Positions 54,944 through 64,000 of a DNA stretch of 64,000 bases are shown here, one piece after another; position 1 is the stretch's first letter, and each line of letters begins with the position of its first letter. The DNA is taken from assembly GCA_028818695.1 (NCBI GenBank), contig JAPPNK010000026.1, positions 135,164-199,163 of the forward strand. The letters run 5' to 3'. This DNA comes from Candidatus Poribacteria bacterium. GTDB lineage: Bacteria; Poribacteria; WGA-4E; GCA-2687025. The notes below the pieces were generated by a model. The model worked only from the letters and a program-made list of their open reading frames with translations. It was not told the origin of the DNA and ran no database searches. A program made the translations under genes and the position numbers.

Positions 54944-55131
54944 TTCCCTATGCTGAAAGTTGGGACCGTTGAACGACCAAAGCCTTTATTCATGGGAAAA
55001 AGGCGCCGCCAACCAAGCCGTCATTCCCGCGCAAGCCAGATCCCCGTGAAAACGGGGAGGGAATCTGGAGACGCCGCAGAAACCGTCCGCATCCGCCAGG
55101 CGGAATTTCCCAACTAAAGCGCTAAGGTCAG
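54944..55131. mobile_element. MITE-like element copy (with extra nested hairpin)
   Basis: Termini ...TGCTGAAAGTTGGGACCGTT ... AATTTCCCAACTAAAGCGCTAAGGTCAG. Core ATTCCCGCGCAAGCCAGATCCCCGTGAAAACGGGGAGGGAAT. Abuts the truncated TolB-like frame. Confidence 0.7.
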
Positions 55132-55144
55132 AAAAAACATACGC

Positions 55145-55173
55145 TTGACACGCCGCGCGTTGATGTTTATGGT
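55145..55173 (+). promoter_or_regulatory. candidate sigma70-like promoter for the DUF58 gene
   Basis: TTGACA - 17 nt - TATGGT, about 33 nt upstream of ATG 55206. Confidence 0.3.
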
Positions 55174-55205
55174 ACGTTCCGTAACAAGCAGAAACGGGGC
55201 TATCT

Positions 55206-56078
55206 ATGGAAGAAGCCTACCGACAGCATCTTGTGAACGGGGAGCGGGCGGGCGCGCGGTATGTGCTGAACGCGCCGCGCATCGTCCCTTTGGGCGCCGC
55301 CGGCGACCAGCTCGCCAAGCGCGCCGGCAGCTCCTTAGAGTTCATCGACCGGCGCGAATACCAACCCGGCGACGACCTGCGCGCCATCGACTGGAGCGGA
55401 TTCGCCCGAAGCGACAAGCTGATTGTGAAACTGTACCGCGACGAGGTCTCCCCCCATGCCGACATCATCCTGGACGGCTCCCGCTCCATGAACCTAGAAG
55501 GGACGCGCAAGGCGGAAGCGGCGCTCGGTTTGACCGCGGCGTTTGCCGCCGCCTCCTTCAACGCCGGCTACTCCGCCTCGGCGTGGATCGCCGCGGACGG
55601 GTACCGCCCCGTCGAAAACGGCTCCTCCCGCCCTTCCATATGGGACGGCATCGACTTTGAATATACAGGCAGCCCCGCCGATTCGTTTCGGCGCGCCGCC
55701 CCAAGATGGCGTCCCTACGGCATTCGAATACTCATCAGCGACCTGCTCTGGATCGGCGACCCGATGGAGACGCTGAGCCGCATCGCCGAGCGGGCGTCCG
55801 CGGTGGTCGTCGTTCAAATGCTCGCCGAAAGCGACATCGCAACGCCGGAGCGCGGCAATGTGCGCTTTGTCGACTCTGAAACGGAGGAGATGCAGGAGAT
55901 CTTTTTGGACGCGGGAGCTCTGGCGCGCTATCGGAACGCCCTTGCGCGTCATCAGGAGCGCTGGCATACTGCTTGCCGTCAGGCGGGCGCCGTCATGACA
56001 ACAGCGACAGCCGAAGAAACCGCCTCCGAATGGAAACTGGACGCTCTCGTCAAATCGGAGGTTCTCCAGGTCGCATAA
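55206..56078 (+). CDS. DUF58 (vWA-like, MoxR-associated) protein
   Basis: Hallmark AGSSLEFIDRREYQPGDDLRAIDW segment of DUF58. Confidence 0.85.
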   Translation: MEEAYRQHLVNGERAGARYVLNAPRIVPLGAAGDQLAKRAGSSLEFIDRREYQPGDDLRAIDWSGFARSDKLIVKLYRDEVSPHADIILDGSRSMNLEGTRKAEAALGLTAAFAAASFNAGYSASAWIAADGYRPVENGSSRPSIWDGIDFEYTGSPADSFRRAAPRWRPYGIRILISDLLWIGDPMETLSRIAERASAVVVVQMLAESDIATPERGNVRFVDSETEEMQEIFLDAGALARYRNALARHQERWHTACRQAGAVMTTATAEETASEWKLDALVKSEVLQVA

Positions 56079-56129
56079 TGTATCCAAGCATCCAACGCGA
56101 TTTTGAAGTTCACTAAGAAAGGACGCTAC

Positions 56130-59036
56130 ATGATACGACACATCGCCTCGATTATTGTTGCCGCGTCGTTTACCGCGGCCGCCTGGGCAGGTCCCGCTAT
56201 CGGCTCGTCGGGCATGCCGCCCGGCGCGGTCTCTTCAAGCGGGTTTCTGTTCAGCGTTCTCACTAGCGCCAACGGCGCAACCGTTCTGAACGGCCTTCCG
56301 CTTTCCGTTTACATCGTCGCGGCGGGACATCTGCCATGCGAGCAACCGGCTGAAGGAGAGATGGAAGAGCCGCATGCCGAAGAAGAGACGAAGTCCGGCG
56401 CTTCAGAGATTGAGCTGGAAAAGGTGTCTGTCACCGCCTCCCGCCGCCCCGAAAAGGTGATAGAGGCTCCCGCCTCCATCGCCGTCATTGAGGGCGATCA
56501 GCTGCGCGCCCAGGTCGCCGTCAACCAGGCAGAGCGGCTGCGCCATCTGCCCGCCGTCGATGTCGCTTCTTCCGGCATCGTTCAGGCGAACGCCGTTGTG
56601 CGCGGCTTCAACAATGTTTTCTCAACAACGCTTCTGACGCTTGTCGACAACCGTTATGCGCGCATTCCGTCCCTGCGCCTGAACGCCTACTCCTTCATCC
56701 CCTCGACCGACGACGACATTGAGCGGGTTGAGGTCGTTTTGGGTCCAGGCTCCGCGCTCTACGGGCCAAACAGCGCGAACGGCGTCCTGCATATGTTGAC
56801 CCGCTCTCCGTTTGATTCGGCGGGAACCGACATCTCTGTCGGCGCGGGGGAACGCGGCATTCTCATGGGTTCAGTGCGCCACGCGGGCGTCGTCAACGAG
56901 CAGATTGGCTACAAGCTGTCCGCTCAATACTACCAAGGGGATGACTGGGAATTCGTCGACCCTATTGAGCAGCGGCAGCGCGGTCAAGCGCTCCGTAAAG
57001 CGATCGAGGACGCAGGAAAAGACCCTGGCGAGGAGGTTCTTGTCAGCGATCCCAACTTTGAAGATTATCTGCAGGCGCTTCATCAAAAGCTCACTGACGC
57101 CGGGGGAAACCCGGACGCGATTCGCATCGGCGCGCGCGATTATGAAGTGGACAAACTGAGCGCCGACGCGAGGCTTGACTACCGCCTCAGCGACAGCGCG
57201 ACCGCAATACTCTCCGGCGGGTTCGTTCAAGCGAAACAGATTGAGCTGACTGGCCTCGGAGCCTCCTCTGCGGATGGATGGACGTATAGCTATGTACAGG
57301 GCAGGCTCGCGGCGGGCGACCTGTTCGCGCAGGCGTTCATCAATATGAGCGACGCCGGCGACAGCTTCCTGCTGCGCGACGGCGCCCCGATCATTGACAA
57401 ATCGCAGGTGATGGTTGCGCAGATTCAGCACGGAACCTCCCTCGGCGAGCGCGAGCGGTTGACCTACGGAGTTGACGCGCTGTTGACCCGCCCCGACACT
57501 GAAGGCACCATCAACGGCTCCAACGAAGAGGACGACACGATCAACGAAATCGGCCTCTACCTGCAGTCGGAGACCGTCTTGACCGATCAGCTGAAGCTGG
57601 TCGCGGCGGCGCGCGTGGACGACCACAGCCGGCTGGCAGACATGATCTTCTCGCCGCGCGCCGCGCTGGTCTTTAGCCCAACCTCCACCGACAATCTGCG
57701 CCTCACCTACAACAGGGCGTACAGCACCCCCAGCACAAACAACCTGTTCTTGGACATCCGCGCTGCGCAGGACCCCTTCGGCCTCGGGATTGATGTGCGC
57801 GGCTCCGGCGTTCCGGACTCGGGCTTCACCTTCGAACGAAGCGAAAATGGACAACCGAAGTTCAGATCGCCGTTTTCGCCGCTCGCAGAGATGCCGGTGG
57901 ACCACTACTGGGAGCTGGACGATCCCGCCTTCACGAACGTTATGTGGGGCGTAGCCCGAAGCGCTGTGATTGATGGCCTGATTACGGACCCGGGGATCAG
58001 CGCGCTCATGAAGAGTGCGTTGACACGCTTAGGTCTGCCAGCGGATGAAGAGACCATGAAGACAATTGCTGAGGGGTTAATACCTCAACAGGTGGACGGT
58101 GTGAAAAACACCCTTCTAGCGTTCAACCCTAATTACAACCCTGAGGATCCCAATTCGCAGCCGTTTCTACAGCTACAGAAACCCGTGCGTGACGTTGCTC
58201 CGATGGAGCCGACGATCACCCAGACCGTAGAGCTGGGCTACAAGGGCGCGCTCTTCAATCAGCTGGTCATCGGCGTCGATTTTTACCGTACAAACATCGT
58301 GAATCTCGTTGGTCCGATCACCGCTGAAACGCCCAACGTGTTTTTGGACAGCGAAACGCTCTATGCCTTCCTTGCGCAGCAGTTGGGTGAAACGTTTAGC
58401 CTGCCTCAAAATCAGCCGCTGGGAGAAGCGTTGATCGCGCTTGACGGCATTTACGAAGAGGAAACACAGGGAGCGGTGGCGAAAAACGGCTCTGGGGTTG
58501 ATGAGGTGGCGTACTTAATCACAAACGGGGCGGCGCGTATTCCGCTCGGAACGGTGACGCCCAACGAAGCCTCCGACCCGACTGCCATCATGACAACCTA
58601 CCGCAACTATGGCGACATTTCATTGTTTGGGGCGGACCTGAACCTGAACCTCTTCCTGAACGAGAACTGGGTCGTCGGCGGAACCTACTCGTTCGTGAGC
58701 GAAGACACGTTCGAGCTGGAGGGGGAGCCGAATGTGTCGTTGAACGCCCCGAGGCACAAGTTTGGAGCGCGCCTTCAGTATATGAACGCCGATCTGGGCG
58801 CGCTGGCGGCGGAGCTGCGCCTGCGTTATGTGAACGAATTCCCGGTCAATTCGGGCACCTATCAGGGCGTTGTGGAGCAGTATCAGACGATCGACGTGAG
58901 CGCAGGGTACAACGTTCTAGACAACACGCGCCTGTCGCTGTCTGTCCAGAACATCCTGGACGACAAGCATATCGAGTTTATCGGCGCCCCCGAGCTGGGG
59001 CGGCTGACGATCGTTCGATTGACGCAGTCGTTCTAA
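56130..59036 (+). CDS. TonB-dependent outer-membrane receptor
   Basis: Signal peptide; plug-domain-like N-terminal region; long beta-barrel with C-terminal aromatic (…RLTQSF) terminus. Track ORF begins at upstream TTG 56103. Confidence 0.85.
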   Translation: MIRHIASIIVAASFTAAAWAGPAIGSSGMPPGAVSSSGFLFSVLTSANGATVLNGLPLSVYIVAAGHLPCEQPAEGEMEEPHAEEETKSGASEIELEKVSVTASRRPEKVIEAPASIAVIEGDQLRAQVAVNQAERLRHLPAVDVASSGIVQANAVVRGFNNVFSTTLLTLVDNRYARIPSLRLNAYSFIPSTDDDIERVEVVLGPGSALYGPNSANGVLHMLTRSPFDSAGTDISVGAGERGILMGSVRHAGVVNEQIGYKLSAQYYQGDDWEFVDPIEQRQRGQALRKAIEDAGKDPGEEVLVSDPNFEDYLQALHQKLTDAGGNPDAIRIGARDYEVDKLSADARLDYRLSDSATAILSGGFVQAKQIELTGLGASSADGWTYSYVQGRLAAGDLFAQAFINMSDAGDSFLLRDGAPIIDKSQVMVAQIQHGTSLGERERLTYGVDALLTRPDTEGTINGSNEEDDTINEIGLYLQSETVLTDQLKLVAAARVDDHSRLADMIFSPRAALVFSPTSTDNLRLTYNRAYSTPSTNNLFLDIRAAQDPFGLGIDVRGSGVPDSGFTFERSENGQPKFRSPFSPLAEMPVDHYWELDDPAFTNVMWGVARSAVIDGLITDPGISALMKSALTRLGLPADEETMKTIAEGLIPQQVDGVKNTLLAFNPNYNPEDPNSQPFLQLQKPVRDVAPMEPTITQTVELGYKGALFNQLVIGVDFYRTNIVNLVGPITAETPNVFLDSETLYAFLAQQLGETFSLPQNQPLGEALIALDGIYEEETQGAVAKNGSGVDEVAYLITNGAARIPLGTVTPNEASDPTAIMTTYRNYGDISLFGADLNLNLFLNENWVVGGTYSFVSEDTFELEGEPNVSLNAPRHKFGARLQYMNADLGALAAELRLRYVNEFPVNSGTYQGVVEQYQTIDVSAGYNVLDNTRLSLSVQNILDDKHIEFIGAPELGRLTIVRLTQSF

Positions 59037-59110
59037 TCAGCATGAGAACGGGCGCGGGCGGGCTTAAAAAACCTGCCCGCGCATCCTTTCTCTATCCAAT
59101 GGAGGGCGCG

Positions 59111-59389
59111 ATGAGCAGATGGCAGATCGTGGACGCCGCCGTAACGGTCGCAGGCGTTGCGTTGCTCGCGATCGGCGTTTATATGATCATTGCGGCGGTC
59201 GGTTCCTATATTCCGATGAGCGCGGCGCTGAAAAACACGCCAATGGGCAGTTCAGCGGGGATCAACATGAGAATGCTTACTGTGGCGCCGTTGCTGAAGG
59301 GAATGCTCTTGTTCATTGTTGGAATTCTGACCTGCGCATTATCAGACAAAATAGCGACCATGTTCCGCCCGGACGGCGATGGAAGTTGA
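59111..59389 (+). CDS. small two-TM membrane protein, paralogue 1 (C-terminal FRPD motif)
   Basis: GGAGGG SD; 92 aa; two hydrophobic helices; ends ...TMFRPDGDGS. Preceded by a GC hairpin repeat (about 59051-59085). Confidence 0.5.
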   Translation: MSRWQIVDAAVTVAGVALLAIGVYMIIAAVGSYIPMSAALKNTPMGSSAGINMRMLTVAPLLKGMLLFIVGILTCALSDKIATMFRPDGDGS

Positions 59390-59448
59390 AGCGGCGCGGG
59401 CGGGCTTAAAAAAAACCTGTCCGCGCCTCTCACACGGAGAACGGCAAC

Positions 59449-59697
59449 ATGACCATGCGGAAAATACTTGAGATCGCGACGCAGATCATCGGCGTCTATC
59501 TGATCTTCACAGCCGTACCCGCCCTGTTAGCGTCGATTATCATCGGATGCGCCGTGTCGATCGAGATGAACTCTTTGAATATGGCGCAATTTATGTCGGC
59601 GGGCGTTGCAGGTCCTTTCATTAAATTTTGCTTTGGGCTTTGGGCGGCTTACTCGGCGGAATCGATTTCGCGCACGTTTCGCCCGAACGACGACTAA
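59449..59697 (+). CDS. small two-TM membrane protein, paralogue 2
   Basis: GGAGAA SD; 82 aa; MTMRKILEIATQIIGV...; ends ISRTFRPNDD. Preceded by the same hairpin repeat (about 59393-59425). Confidence 0.5.
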   Translation: MTMRKILEIATQIIGVYLIFTAVPALLASIIIGCAVSIEMNSLNMAQFMSAGVAGPFIKFCFGLWAAYSAESISRTFRPNDD

Positions 59698-59717
59698 CAT
59701 TCAACGGAGACAGCGGC

Positions 59718-59990
59718 ATGACGATGCGGCGCGTTATTGAGATTGCTGTAACGATTGTCGGCGTTGTCTTTATGGGGTCGGCGCTGTGGAGCTTTATTGA
59801 GGCGGTTGTGAACGCCGCATTCAACATGCCGTTCGACACGGACAACGATCCCTCGTATGCGGTTCAAGAATCGTTGCTTGTCAAAACGCGGATGTTGACC
59901 ATGTTGATGACTCTTTTGCAGTTCTGGGTCGGATACTGGATATGCAAAGGGGCGTCCGGCATCGCCCGACATTTCCGACCCGATGAGTGA
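59718..59990 (+). CDS. small two-TM membrane protein, paralogue 3
   Basis: GGAGAC SD; MTMRRVIEIAVTIVGV...; ends GIARHFRPDE. Confidence 0.5.
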   Translation: MTMRRVIEIAVTIVGVVFMGSALWSFIEAVVNAAFNMPFDTDNDPSYAVQESLLVKTRMLTMLMTLLQFWVGYWICKGASGIARHFRPDE

Positions 59991-60004
59991 GAGGGGGAAC
60001 GATC

Positions 60005-60283
60005 ATGTCCATGCGGCGCGTTATTGAGATTGCTGTAACGATTGTCGGCGTTATTTTTATGGCGGGTTCGCTCTGGGTGGCTACGATGGTTCTCGGCGTC
60101 TTCACCGGCGGAGCGTCCTTAATGGGCGTACTCTCTTTCAAGATGACCGCGACTGAAGGCATTCCCACCATGCTGCGGGGCATCGCCGCCGGCATCGTGT
60201 CGGTCGCTTTGCCGTTTATCGTCGGATACTGGCTCTGTAAAAAAGCGTCCGGCATCGCCCGGCACTTCAGACCTGACCAATGA
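60005..60283 (+). CDS. small two-TM membrane protein, paralogue 4
   Basis: GAGGGGG SD; MSMRRVIEIAVTIVGV... (N-terminus identical to paralogue 3); ends GIARHFRPDQ. Confidence 0.5.
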   Translation: MSMRRVIEIAVTIVGVIFMAGSLWVATMVLGVFTGGASLMGVLSFKMTATEGIPTMLRGIAAGIVSVALPFIVGYWLCKKASGIARHFRPDQ

Positions 60284-60309
60284 CGCCTCTATCGAAAGAT
60301 TCTTAAGCG

Positions 60310-62139
60310 ATGCCTGTCTTTGCCTTGCCTGCCGCATTTTTCGCGCTTGCCGCTATACCGGGTCTTGTCGCCATCTACTGGCTTCGGACGCGCTCGCGCC
60401 GCGTTCCTGTGTCCAGCTTGGCGCTCTGGATTGACCAGCGGCGCGCCCGGCAGGGCGGAACGCGCATTGAGCGGTTTCAGATGCCGCTTCTGCTTATTCT
60501 TGAAATACTGGCTATTCTGGCGTTGACGCTCGCGGCGGCTTCTCCGCTTTTTTTGATGGACGCGGACGCGCCGACGCTTTACGTCGTCCTGGACGACTCC
60601 TTCTCCATGCGCGCCGACGGCGAAAACAGCCCCCGCGCCCGCGCCGCCGACGCCGTGCGCGCCGAGCTCGGCATCGACACGCGCAACCCGTTCGCCAAGC
60701 CGCGGTATGAAGCGCGCTACATCGTCGCCGGCAGAAAGCCGCGCCTCGCCGAAACGGACGGCGGCATGCCCGACGAAAATGAATGGAGCTGCCGGTCGCC
60801 TGTCGCCGACATCGCCGGCGCCGTCGCTCTCGCCGAAGAGTTGAGTCAAGAAGCGGCGCTGATCCTTGTCGTCTCCGACGAGCCGCCCGCCGCCGACATT
60901 CAAAACGACCGGCTCAAATGGCGCTCCTTCGGCCGCGCGAAGCCGAACGCCGCCATTGTGAACGCGACTCGGTCTCCCGCCGAAACGGGCGAACGGTGCC
61001 TTCTGGAGATCGCCAACCTGTCGAAAGAGACGTACCGCGCAACGCTTGTCATCGAAGAGCTGCCAGATTCGGACGCGGCGGATGAAAGCGTCCAGCCGTC
61101 CGTCCTGCGCGAGGAGGAGTTGACGCTTGACCCAGAAGAGACGCGCCGGCTCATCTTCAGCCTGCCTGAAGGGACGCCGGGCGTCCTGGCGCGCATCGGC
61201 GCGGACGCGCTCAACATCGACAACGAAGCGTATCTGCTGCCTGAAGAAAGAAAGCAGGCGCGCGTTCAGTTGGACATACGGAACGAGTCGCTCCGCCGGC
61301 GCGTTCGGTCGGGCTTGGAGTCGACAGGCGCGGTTCATTTCACGAATCTGCGCCCCGAGCTGCTTTTGACAGACGCGCCGTTTGACGGTCCGCCCGCCTC
61401 GCCGCAGGTCTGGCGCGTGCTGTTTGACGCGCCTGACAACGCCGCGGCGTATGTCGGTCCTTTTGTCGTTGACCAGACGCATCCGCTGGCGGAGGGGGCG
61501 GGCTTGGACGGCGTCGTCTGGGCGGCGGGCGAGGCGGAGGAGTATGCCGGCATGCCGGTTGTGACGGCGGGGAATGTTCCGCTCATCGTCGACGCGGAGC
61601 GCTCCGACGGCGGACGCGATCTGAAATGGAGCCTGCGCATCGACCTTTCCAACCTGCAGGACGCCCCGGCATGGCCGATTTTCATGTGGAACCTGGCGCA
61701 GTGGCGCGTCTCCGAGACGCCGGGGCTGCGGCGCATCAACTACCGCCTCGGCGACGATGTGAGCCTGACGGTCAACCCTCCGCCGCCCGAAAGCGTTGAA
61801 GAAGCGGCGAGCATCGTCTCGCCCAGCGGAGTCGTGCGCGACCTGCCTCCGCCGCAGGAGGGCGTCTATGCGCTGGCTGAAGAAACGGGCGTTTACCGCA
61901 TTGAAGCGGACGGCGAGGAGTACCGGTTCGCCGTCAGCGCCTTCTCTAAAAATGAATCGAACCTGCTCAACAAGGAGCGCGGAGAATGGGGCGGCTGGGC
62001 GGGGTCCGAGCTGCTAGAAAGGGGCTATAGAGACATGGGCTGGGCGCTGATGCTGCTTGCCGTTCTCATCTTGACGGCGCATATGATTCTCGCCGCCGCC
62101 GAAGGGGGAACGGCGCGACCCGCGGAGACCGCCGCATGA
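60310..62139 (+). CDS. BatA-like N-terminal double-transmembrane domain protein (DUF4159-like C-terminal region)
   Basis: N-terminus PAAFFALAAIPGLVAIYWLRTRSRRVPVSSLALW...LLLILEILAILALTLAAASP matches the aerotolerance BatA N-terminal double-TM domain. 609 aa. Stop overlaps the next start (ATGA). Confidence 0.6.
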   Translation: MPVFALPAAFFALAAIPGLVAIYWLRTRSRRVPVSSLALWIDQRRARQGGTRIERFQMPLLLILEILAILALTLAAASPLFLMDADAPTLYVVLDDSFSMRADGENSPRARAADAVRAELGIDTRNPFAKPRYEARYIVAGRKPRLAETDGGMPDENEWSCRSPVADIAGAVALAEELSQEAALILVVSDEPPAADIQNDRLKWRSFGRAKPNAAIVNATRSPAETGERCLLEIANLSKETYRATLVIEELPDSDAADESVQPSVLREEELTLDPEETRRLIFSLPEGTPGVLARIGADALNIDNEAYLLPEERKQARVQLDIRNESLRRRVRSGLESTGAVHFTNLRPELLLTDAPFDGPPASPQVWRVLFDAPDNAAAYVGPFVVDQTHPLAEGAGLDGVVWAAGEAEEYAGMPVVTAGNVPLIVDAERSDGGRDLKWSLRIDLSNLQDAPAWPIFMWNLAQWRVSETPGLRRINYRLGDDVSLTVNPPPPESVEEAASIVSPSGVVRDLPPPQEGVYALAEETGVYRIEADGEEYRFAVSAFSKNESNLLNKERGEWGGWAGSELLERGYRDMGWALMLLAVLILTAHMILAAAEGGTARPAETAA

Positions 62140-64000
62140 CGCTGTTCTATCCGATCTGGCTGCTTTTGCTGATTCCGCTCATCGCGTCCATGCGCGTCTG
62201 GCGCCTGCCGTCGCGCCTTCTCATCGGGCTTCGTTTCACGGCTGTTCTGCTGATTGTTCTCGCGCTGGCGGGCTTGTCCTTAAAAATACCGAGCCGAGCG
62301 GGCGTTGCGGTCGTCGCAGTGGATAGAAGCCTCTCGATGCCGGCAAGCAGCGAGGCGCAGCAGCTGGAAGCGATCGCGCTCATTCAGGAGGCGCAGAAAC
62401 AGGACTCGCGCCTAGCGGTCGTCGCGTTTGGAGAAAAAAGCGCCATCGAACAGGGACCGACAACGGGCAAATTCGGCAGCTTTATGCATGAGGTCAAGGG
62501 CGACGCCTCCAACATGCATGACGCGCTCGAAACGGCGCTATCGCTCATACCGGCGAACGCGCCGGGGCGAATCATCCTGCTCTCCGACGGCAGATGGACA
62601 GGCAAAGACCCGACCGAAGCGGCCGTCCAAGCCGCGGCGCGCGGCATTCCTATTGATTATAGGGCGATTCGCCGTTCCGCCGCCAACGACGCCGCCATTG
62701 AACGCATCAACGCACCGCAGTCGGCTCGCCCCGGCGAGTCGTTCATGATCGCCGGCTGGGTTCGAGCGCCGGTTTCTACCGAGATCAAGTACAGGCTCAT
62801 GCGCGGCGGGGAGACGTTGTCCAGCGGTACGCGCTCCATTCCGTCCGGCCTCTCGCGCCTGCTTTTCCGCGACACGGCGCATCAACCGGGCGTCCAGAGC
62901 TACATCCTGGAGATCGACGGCGGGGGAGACGACCCTGTGCCTGAAAACAACAAGGCGAAACTGCTTGTCGGCGTGGAAGGCGAGCGGCCGATCCTACATA
63001 TCGCCAACGACGCAGATTCGGGGCTTGGAGAATTTCTGCGCCGCGGGCAGCTGAATGTGCAGACGCGGACGCCGCGGCAGATGCGCTGGTCGCTGGACGA
63101 GCTGGGCGGATACTCGGCCCTTCTGATCGAGAACGCGCCGGCGAACCGCATCGGGACGCGCGGCATGGAAAACATCGCAAATTGGGTGAAGGAGGCGGGC
63201 GCGGGCATTATGATGACCGGCGGCAAAACCTCCTACGGCCCCGGCGGCTATTTCAAGTCCCCCCTAGAGCCGATCATGCCGGTCTCAATGGAGCTGCGGC
63301 AGGAACACCGCAAGATGGCGGTCGCCATTGCGATTGCGATGGACAGGTCGGGAAGCATGGGCATGCCGGTTGCGGGCGGTCGAATGAAGATGGACCTGGC
63401 AAACTTAGCGGCGGCGGAAGTATATGACATGCTCAGCCTGACAGATGAATTTGGGGCGATCGCCGTCGACAGCCAGGCGCATGTCATCGCCGATCTAGAC
63501 TATGTTGATCATGAGAACTCCGACGCGCGCGATAGGGTCATACAGATCAGCCCAGGGGGAGGGGGGATTTATGTTTACAACGGTCTGGATGCAGCCGTGC
63601 GGATGCTCCAAGGCGCGACGGCGCAGACGCGCCATGTGATTCTGCTGGCGGACGCCGCCGACTCTGAGCAGCCCGGCGCATATGTGGAGCTGATACGGCT
63701 CTCGCGCAAGGCGGGGATCACCTTCAGCGTTGTCGGCCTCGGCAACGACACCGACCCGGACGCCGAATTTTTGAAAGACATTGCCAAGCGGGGCGACGGG
63801 CGCATCTTTTTCACAAACAACGCCGAAGACCTGCCCAGACTCTTCGCGCAGGACACGATTGATGTCGCGCGCAGCTCCTTCATCGAAGACCCGGTCAACG
63901 TCAACACAACGGGCGAACTGCTCACCCTTGTCGGCAAAAAGCATGAGATTCCTTATACGATCGGCGGTTATAACCTGTGCTATGTGCGCCCTGAGGCGAA
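62136..64000 (+). CDS. large vWA-domain protein (BatA-like N-terminus, two vWA-like regions flanking a GATase-like segment); 3' end outside the window
   Basis: Not in the ORF track because no stop occurs in the window. My translation from ATG 62136 gives MTLFYPIWLLLLIPLIASMRVWRL...VAVDRSLSMP (vWA MIDAS-like DxSxS) and later IAMDRSGSM. Confidence 0.65.
   Translation, partial: MTLFYPIWLLLLIPLIASMRVWRLPSRLLIGLRFTAVLLIVLALAGLSLKIPSRAGVAVVAVDRSLSMPASSEAQQLEAIALIQEAQKQDSRLAVVAFGEKSAIEQGPTTGKFGSFMHEVKGDASNMHDALETALSLIPANAPGRIILLSDGRWTGKDPTEAAVQAAARGIPIDYRAIRRSAANDAAIERINAPQSARPGESFMIAGWVRAPVSTEIKYRLMRGGETLSSGTRSIPSGLSRLLFRDTAHQPGVQSYILEIDGGGDDPVPENNKAKLLVGVEGERPILHIANDADSGLGEFLRRGQLNVQTRTPRQMRWSLDELGGYSALLIENAPANRIGTRGMENIANWVKEAGAGIMMTGGKTSYGPGGYFKSPLEPIMPVSMELRQEHRKMAVAIAIAMDRSGSMGMPVAGGRMKMDLANLAAAEVYDMLSLTDEFGAIAVDSQAHVIADLDYVDHENSDARDRVIQISPGGGGIYVYNGLDAAVRMLQGATAQTRHVILLADAADSEQPGAYVELIRLSRKAGITFSVVGLGNDTDPDAEFLKDIAKRGDGRIFFTNNAEDLPRLFAQDTIDVARSSFIEDPVNVNTTGELLTLVGKKHEIPYTIGGYNLCYVRPEA

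Overview
High-GC (about 65%) bacterial chromosomal segment from a diderm organism: it carries a TonB-dependent receptor and other envelope/periplasmic proteins (UPF0182, sulfatase, BatA-like vWA). Domain content is reminiscent of Planctomycetota/Verrucomicrobiota-type genomes, but this is a guess. Housekeeping genes are present (trxA, citrate synthase, dapB, HU, ychF, S41 and M23 peptidases, a sensor kinase). Between them sit two mobile/defence-like islands. Island 1 (about 17.5-31.1 kb) is AT-richer than its surroundings. It holds two paralogous HsdR-N/Mrr-like PD-(D/E)xK proteins divergent from a phage Gp37/Gp68 (DUF5131) gene, a secreted S1/P1-nuclease-like protein, and an operon encoding a PHP-phosphoesterase-SMC/Rad50-like ABC ATPase fusion plus an AlbA_2/HATPase_c_4 protein, preceded by three tandem near-identical WD40 propeller genes. 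Island 2 (about 33.2-41.1 kb) holds a single-polypeptide Type ISP-like restriction-modification enzyme (Mrr nuclease + SF2 helicase + N6A methyltransferase + target-recognition domain, the last compositionally foreign). It is followed by three tandem copies of a translationally coupled two-gene cassette: a TPR protein with an acidic tail and a RelE/ParE-fold toxin-like protein. A fourth copy lies at 1.9-3.0 kb. A methyltransferase-HNH fusion lies at 45.6 kb. A roughly 170-bp MITE-like element with a dRS3-like palindromic core (ATTCCCGC-N4-GCGGGAAT) occurs at six loci. One copy has a target-site duplication and an empty paralogous site; another disrupts a TolB-like gene. Local tandem gene amplification is striking: WD40 x3, TPR/ParE x3+1, small membrane proteins x4, PD-(D/E)xK x2. 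No rRNA, tRNA or CRISPR array was found.
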